The notes under the pieces are model-generated. The model searched no databases. It saw only the letters and a list, made by a program, of their open reading frames with translations, and was not told where the DNA came from. DNA of 64,000 bases from Candidatus Melainabacteria bacterium 17Bon1m (lineage in GTDB: Bacteria; Cyanobacteriota; Vampirovibrionia; Obscuribacterales; Obscuribacteraceae). Numbering within the stretch: the first letter of the stretch is position 1; every line of letters starts with the position of its first letter. Of the stretch, positions 60,388 to 64,000 are shown in pieces. The position numbers and the translations under genes were made by a program. The DNA is taken from the NCBI GenBank assembly GCA_032128875.1, contig JAVLKG010000004.1, positions 224,001 through 288,000 on the forward strand, in the 5' to 3' direction.

Positions 60388-60463
60388 TGACTCCCGATTG
60401 GGAGACAGTTTAAAATACGAGGGCGGTGCACGGCATCGCCCTTTTAACTTAGGAGAGAATTTC

Positions 60464-61642
60464 GTGACCAGCTCAAAGAGAGTCGAAACAAAGTTGATTC
60501 ACGCTGGAGAGTTGCGCCCACGCGTTGCTGGTGCAGTCAACTTGCCAATCTTCCAGTCCGCCACTTATGAGTATGGTGGTGAAGATAACTATCACGATAT
60601 TCGCTACATTCGACTCAACAACACCCCTAATCACATCGTTCTGGGAGAAAAACTTGCAGCAATCGAAGGTGCGGAAGCTGCGATGGTAGCCGCGAGCGGA
60701 ATGGCTGCAATCTCGACTGCGCTGCTCAGTATTCTCAGAGAAGGCGATCATATTTTGCTTCAAGATTGCCTCTATGGTGGCACTCATGATTTCGTCACCA
60801 AAGATCTCCCTGATTTAGGAATTAAATACGATTTCATCGACGCAAGTGATCCCGCATCATGGGAAAAGAAAATTCGAAAAGAGACAAAAGCTATCTATGT
60901 CGAGACGATTGCCAATCCGCTTATGGATGTGCCAGAACTCGCTGCAATAGTCGAGTTTGCACGCAATCACAAGATAATTTCAATTGTCGACAATACATTC
61001 GCCAGCCCGATCAACTTTCGACCAGCAGAAATGGGTTTTGATCTTTCAGTGCATAGTTGCACCAAATATTTGAATGGACACTCTGATATTGTCGGCGGTG
61101 CCTGTATCGGTAAAGCAACATTGGTGAAAAACATCACCAGAAAACTAAATCATCTTGGTGGCACCATGGACCCTCATGCTGCGTTTCTCCTGCATAGAGG
61201 TATGAAAACGCTCGCACTTAGAGTTCGACATCAAAATGAAAGTGCATTGAAAATCGCACGGTATTTGGAGAAACATTCTGCAATTGGCAAAGTAAATTAT
61301 CCAGGTTTGGAAAGTCATCCGGCGCATGCGCGTGCTGCGAAATGGTTCGATGGTTTTGGTGGCATGCTTAGTTTTGTACTTAAAGAGGAAAATGCAGCGA
61401 TTGCAGATAGATTTCTCAAAGCACTTCACTATCCGATTTCCGCGCCAAGTCTAGGAGGCGTGGAAAGTTTGATTACTCGCCCGGCGACAACCTCGCATCT
61501 TGGACTGAGCAAGGACGATAGAAAGAGCATTGGTATCAGTGATTCTTTGATTCGTTTTTCTACAGGAATAGAAGCAACTGAAGACCTTATTGAAGATTTT
61601 GAACAAGCGCTGAAGAAGGCTTCTGCCAAGGTAACGAGTTAA
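60464..61642 (+). CDS. PLP-dependent Cys/Met metabolism lyase (cystathionine/methionine gamma-lyase family)
   Basis: ASGMAAI, YGGT, DNTFA, HSCTKYLNGHSD and SLGGVES motifs; AGGAG before GTG at 60464. Confidence 0.93.
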   Translation: MTSSKRVETKLIHAGELRPRVAGAVNLPIFQSATYEYGGEDNYHDIRYIRLNNTPNHIVLGEKLAAIEGAEAAMVAASGMAAISTALLSILREGDHILLQDCLYGGTHDFVTKDLPDLGIKYDFIDASDPASWEKKIRKETKAIYVETIANPLMDVPELAAIVEFARNHKIISIVDNTFASPINFRPAEMGFDLSVHSCTKYLNGHSDIVGGACIGKATLVKNITRKLNHLGGTMDPHAAFLLHRGMKTLALRVRHQNESALKIARYLEKHSAIGKVNYPGLESHPAHARAAKWFDGFGGMLSFVLKEENAAIADRFLKALHYPISAPSLGGVESLITRPATTSHLGLSKDDRKSIGISDSLIRFSTGIEATEDLIEDFEQALKKASAKVTS

Positions 61643-61821
61643 CCAGATTTTGGAAACAAAAATCGGCAGACACAAGTTAGGCCGCTAGCGGGAACATTTC
61701 AAAGCGAGAAGATTCAATTACCTAGTGATCTGAATTTGTATCTCAGTTCATACAAGTAATTTTCGTCTTAGAGATCTAGATATAAAGCCGCTCGCTGTGC
61801 AGGCGATGAGGAAATTCCCCG

Positions 61822-61851
61822 TTGACAAAAACGGATGGCGGTGTATAGACT
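61822..61851 (+). promoter_or_regulatory. Sigma-70-like promoter of the tRNA-array transcript
   Basis: TTGACA-18nt-TAGACT; CCGTT/AACGG inverted repeat overlapping the -35 box. Confidence 0.6.
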
Positions 61852-61954
61852 GGAAAGACGGGCGGCAATGTGCCGCCTCATTCGTCAGTACAGATCTCTA
61901 TAAATCTCTATTAGATCTGTGCTTGAAGAGAATAGATAACCAAAGGTGATCGAC

Positions 61955-62086
61955 GTGTTTCGCACACTCCTCCAACAACAAGATTATAGAAAGCAGCCGC
62001 AGGGGCTGCATCTTGTGCTGGAAGCAAATTTAGGAGTAGTGCACGATCATGAATATCTTTATCTTCAACATCGACTTTTTAGCTAA
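61955..62086 (+). CDS. Putative 43-aa leader peptide upstream of the tRNA array
   Basis: AGGTGAT SD then GTG; MFRTLLQQQDYRKQPQGLHLVLEANLGVVHDHEYLYLQHRLFS. Confidence 0.55.
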   Translation: MFRTLLQQQDYRKQPQGLHLVLEANLGVVHDHEYLYLQHRLFS

Positions 62087-62271
62087 GTTTTCAAACGCCA
62101 ATATTCAAGCAATTGCCGCGCACATTGCGGGCGTTGCAGCGTTTTGTGCGTTCGCAGCATGCTTTTTCGCATTTGATGCTCTGTTCTACGCAACAGCGGC
62201 AACATTCGTAGCGTTTTCAGCTGTTGCACTAACTTCGGAGTTTACTTCCGCGAAAGCGGAAGTGAGCACGT

Positions 62272-62347
62272 GGTGCTGTAACTCAGTGGACAGAGTGCTG
62301 CGTTGTCAGCGCAGAAGCCGGGGGTTCAATTCCCCCCAGCATCGCCA
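62272..62347 (+). tRNA. trnD: tRNA-Asp(GUC)
   Basis: Acceptor GGTGCTG/CAGCATC, anticodon arm CTGCG-TTGTCAG-CGCAG, T-loop TTCAATT, G73, encoded CCA. Confidence 0.92.
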
Positions 62348-62348
62348 T

Positions 62349-62424
62349 GGGATAGGTCGTCCAGCGGCTAGGACATTGGTTTGTGAGACCGAAGACACGG
62401 GTTCGATTCCCGTCCAATCCCCCA
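62349..62424 (+). tRNA. trnH: tRNA-His(GUG)
   Basis: G-1:C73, anticodon arm TTGGT-TTGTGAG-ACCGA, T-loop TTCGATT, CCA; one A-A acceptor mismatch. Confidence 0.9.
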
Positions 62425-62427
62425 TAT

Positions 62428-62502
62428 CTGGGCGTAGCTCAGCAGCAGAGCGCTCGTTTTGGAAGCGAGAGGCCGGACGGGCAGCACGTCCCGCCCAGAC
62501 CA
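62428..62502 (+). tRNA. trnP: tRNA-Pro(UGG), non-canonical D and T loops
   Basis: CTGGGCG/CGCCCAG, CTCGT-TTTGGAA-GCGAG, T-arm GGACG-GGCAGCA-CGTCC, A73, CCA. Confidence 0.85.
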
Positions 62503-62508
62503 ACTTAG

Positions 62509-62534
62509 ATCGTGGGGGCGCGTTGCACGCGCCC
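62509..62534. repeat. REP-like palindrome inside the tRNA array
   Basis: 25 of 26 nt identical to 36446-36471. Confidence 0.75.
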
Positions 62535-62564
62535 TCCTAAAAAGAGAACTTTCAGAACCAGTTT

Positions 62565-62650
62565 GGGAGTGTGGGTGAGTAGACAAAGCCACCTGCCTGT
62601 AAAGCAGACGCCGCAAGGCTTCGCTGGTGCAAATCCAGCCGCTCCCACCA
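62565..62650 (+). tRNA. trnY: tRNA-Tyr(GUA), non-canonical T loop
   Basis: GGGAGTG/CGCTCCC, loop CTGTAAA, variable arm GCC-GCAA-GGC, T-loop TGCAAAT, A73, CCA. Confidence 0.88.
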
Positions 62651-62653
62651 TAT

Positions 62654-62730
62654 GCCCGGGTAGTCCAATCGGCAGAGACGCTTGTCTTAGAAACAAGAGG
62701 TTAGTGGTTCAAATCCACTGCCGGGCACCA
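62654..62730 (+). tRNA. trnL: tRNA-Leu(UAG) with short variable loop
   Basis: CTTGT-CTTAGAA-ACAAG, 5-nt variable loop, T-loop TTCAAAT, A73, CCA; G7-G66 mismatch. Confidence 0.85.
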
Positions 62731-62733
62731 TAA

Positions 62734-62804
62734 TCCGAGGTCGTCTAATGGTAGGACACGACGCTTTGAACGTTGGAACGGTGGTTCGAATCCATCTCTC
62801 GGAG
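62734..62804 (+). tRNA. trnQ: tRNA-Gln(UUG), CCA not encoded
   Basis: TCCGAGG/TCTCGGA, CGACG-CTTTGAA-CGTTG, T-loop TTCGAAT, G73. Confidence 0.9.
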
Positions 62805-62837
62805 ATTACTTTCTTGAAGGTGCACTGCAGTCAAAAC

Positions 62838-62858
62838 GGGCGACGCATGGCGTCGCTC
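62838..62858. repeat. REP-like or terminator-like hairpin after the array
   Basis: GGGCGACGC-ATG-GCGTCGCTC; no clear U-tract. Confidence 0.5.
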
Positions 62859-62869
62859 CTCCGTGACAC

Positions 62870-63220
62870 TTATTTTGCGTATGATTCTAAAAAGCCGCAT
62901 GCCTTGCAGCGCTTAGTCACAACAGGTGATGCGGGCTCTTCATTCACTCCGGCGCCGTCCACCTTGGGACTGCCTTGTACCCAGGTTGTTACATGAACGG
63001 ATGATCTCGATCTATCAAGCAAAAAGCCATTTTCGAACTGTCCGCCGCACTTCGGGCAGTTGCTATCAAGGACACGTCTTTGAATTTCCTCATATCTCTG
63101 AATTTCAGTATTTATGTCACCGCTTTTGTTATTCATGTCGTGTATCAGAAGGTAACCACCGAGAATGGTGTTGACGACTAGGATGGAAATAACAAGGACT
63201 TTTGAATTTGGACTCTTCAT
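62870..63220 (-). CDS. Membrane-anchored zinc-ribbon protein (DUF6487-like)
   Basis: TM segment; CPKCGG.FE.GF and RCKACGFLESYA. Confidence 0.75.
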   Translation of the reverse strand: MKSPNSKVLVISILVVNTILGGYLLIHDMNNKSGDINTEIQRYEEIQRRVLDSNCPKCGGQFENGFLLDRSRSSVHVTTWVQGSPKVDGAGVNEEPASPVVTKRCKACGFLESYAK

Positions 63221-63231
63221 TTTTAGCAATC

Positions 63232-63954
63232 TTACCTAATTGTTTTGTCCATTATAGCTTTCAGCTCTACCGGCAAAGCTCTCGATTCATAGGGCTTTCC
63301 GTGACCAGCAAGTAAACGTGTGACATCAAGGTTTTGATACTTTTGAAGACAGCTATCTCTGGTCGCTTTATTCAGAGTGAACCACTCATGTCCCATAACG
63401 GGTTTGCGAAACATGGTGTGTAAATTGTCACCGCAAAAAAGTGCGCGTGTCATAGGGTCGAACAGACTAATGCTGCCAGGCGTATGACCTGGAGTATGGA
63501 TAATCTTTATATCTGCTAGTTCTTGCTGATCTTGAAGTGGTAAACAGTTTTCAACCTTTGGAATAACAAATCCCGTTCTATCACCGATCCACAGAATGCA
63601 TCTGCAGATGAGAGAACCAACTTCAGCGCTAACTGCCTTAGTGCCTTTTAGAAAGCCGATCTCTTCTTCATGTGCGAAGACAGGTATGTTTAGCGCTCTT
63701 GAAATTGCCGCGGCTGCTCCAGCATGGTCTGGATGTCCATGTGTGATGATGATTCTCTTTATTTCTCCGAAATCACGACTGGCAGTTATTATTTCTTCGC
63801 CATGCGATGAACAACCACAGTCAATTAGAGTTAGACCGTCTTCGCCATTCAACAGCCAGCAGTTGGTTTCCATCCCAATGACAGGTGGAAATCGTAATGT
63901 GATTTGCCACAGCTTATCGGGTTGGATGGTGATTATGTTTGGTTTGATCAATTT
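63232..63954 (-). CDS. Metallo-beta-lactamase-fold hydrolase
   Basis: LIDCG, THGHPDH, TPGHTPG, GD and GHG motifs; start uncertain. Confidence 0.92.
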   Translation of the reverse strand, partial: KLIKPNIITIQPDKLWQITLRFPPVIGMETNCWLLNGEDGLTLIDCGCSSHGEEIITASRDFGEIKRIIITHGHPDHAGAAAAISRALNIPVFAHEEEIGFLKGTKAVSAEVGSLICRCILWIGDRTGFVIPKVENCLPLQDQQELADIKIIHTPGHTPGSISLFDPMTRALFCGDNLHTMFRKPVMGHEWFTLNKATRDSCLQKYQNLDVTRLLAGHGKPYESRALPVELKAIMDKTIR

Positions 63955-64000
63955 CCGATCCAAGTACCGGCAGGATTCCGGCGCTCCCACTAAAGAGCCG

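Noticed and set aside
62654-62730. Amber-suppressor or recoding interpretation of the TAG anticodon
   Set aside because: Anticodon UAG reads CUA (Leu); a suppressor would need anticodon CUA. Genes in the window end normally at TAA, TAG and TGA.
62306-62733. Short ORFs overlapping the tRNA genes
   Set aside because: Explained by tRNA sequence.
1-64000. CRISPR arrays, rRNA, integrase, transposase or prophage genes
   Set aside because: No regularly spaced repeats or recognisable motifs; the tRNA array has no adjacent integrase or visible att duplication.

Overview
Gene-dense bacterial chromosomal window with about 55 CDSs. The gene content (cyanobacteria-like DUF3370, DUF4388 proteins, Ser/Thr kinase-LRR, many TPR and signal-peptide hypotheticals, no photosynthesis genes) suggests a non-photosynthetic cyanobacterial relative such as Melainabacteria; this is inference only. 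Most genes are ordinary: ABC transporters, dnaK, adenine deaminase, two USPs, a sigma-70 factor, aidB, glgX/glgB, class I fumarase, PPK2, fabH, two-component genes and a PLP lyase. Two loci stand out. (1) At 61.8-62.8 kb a six-gene array of non-canonical tRNAs (Asp, His, Pro, Tyr, Leu, Gln) follows a sigma-70-like promoter, a long structured leader and a 43-codon leader ORF in which 25 of 43 codons specify those same six amino acids. (2) At 17.6-18.6 kb the last codons of a Cys-rich secreted-type ORF can pair with and hide the Shine-Dalgarno of a downstream four-helix copper-storage gene, resembling CutF/CruR control but without the RAPP motif. Also seen: a LOV histidine kinase, two small ORFs below the track cutoff, REP-like palindromes and candidate response-regulator boxes. 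No CRISPR, rRNA or transposase was found. All calls were made by eye, without database searches.
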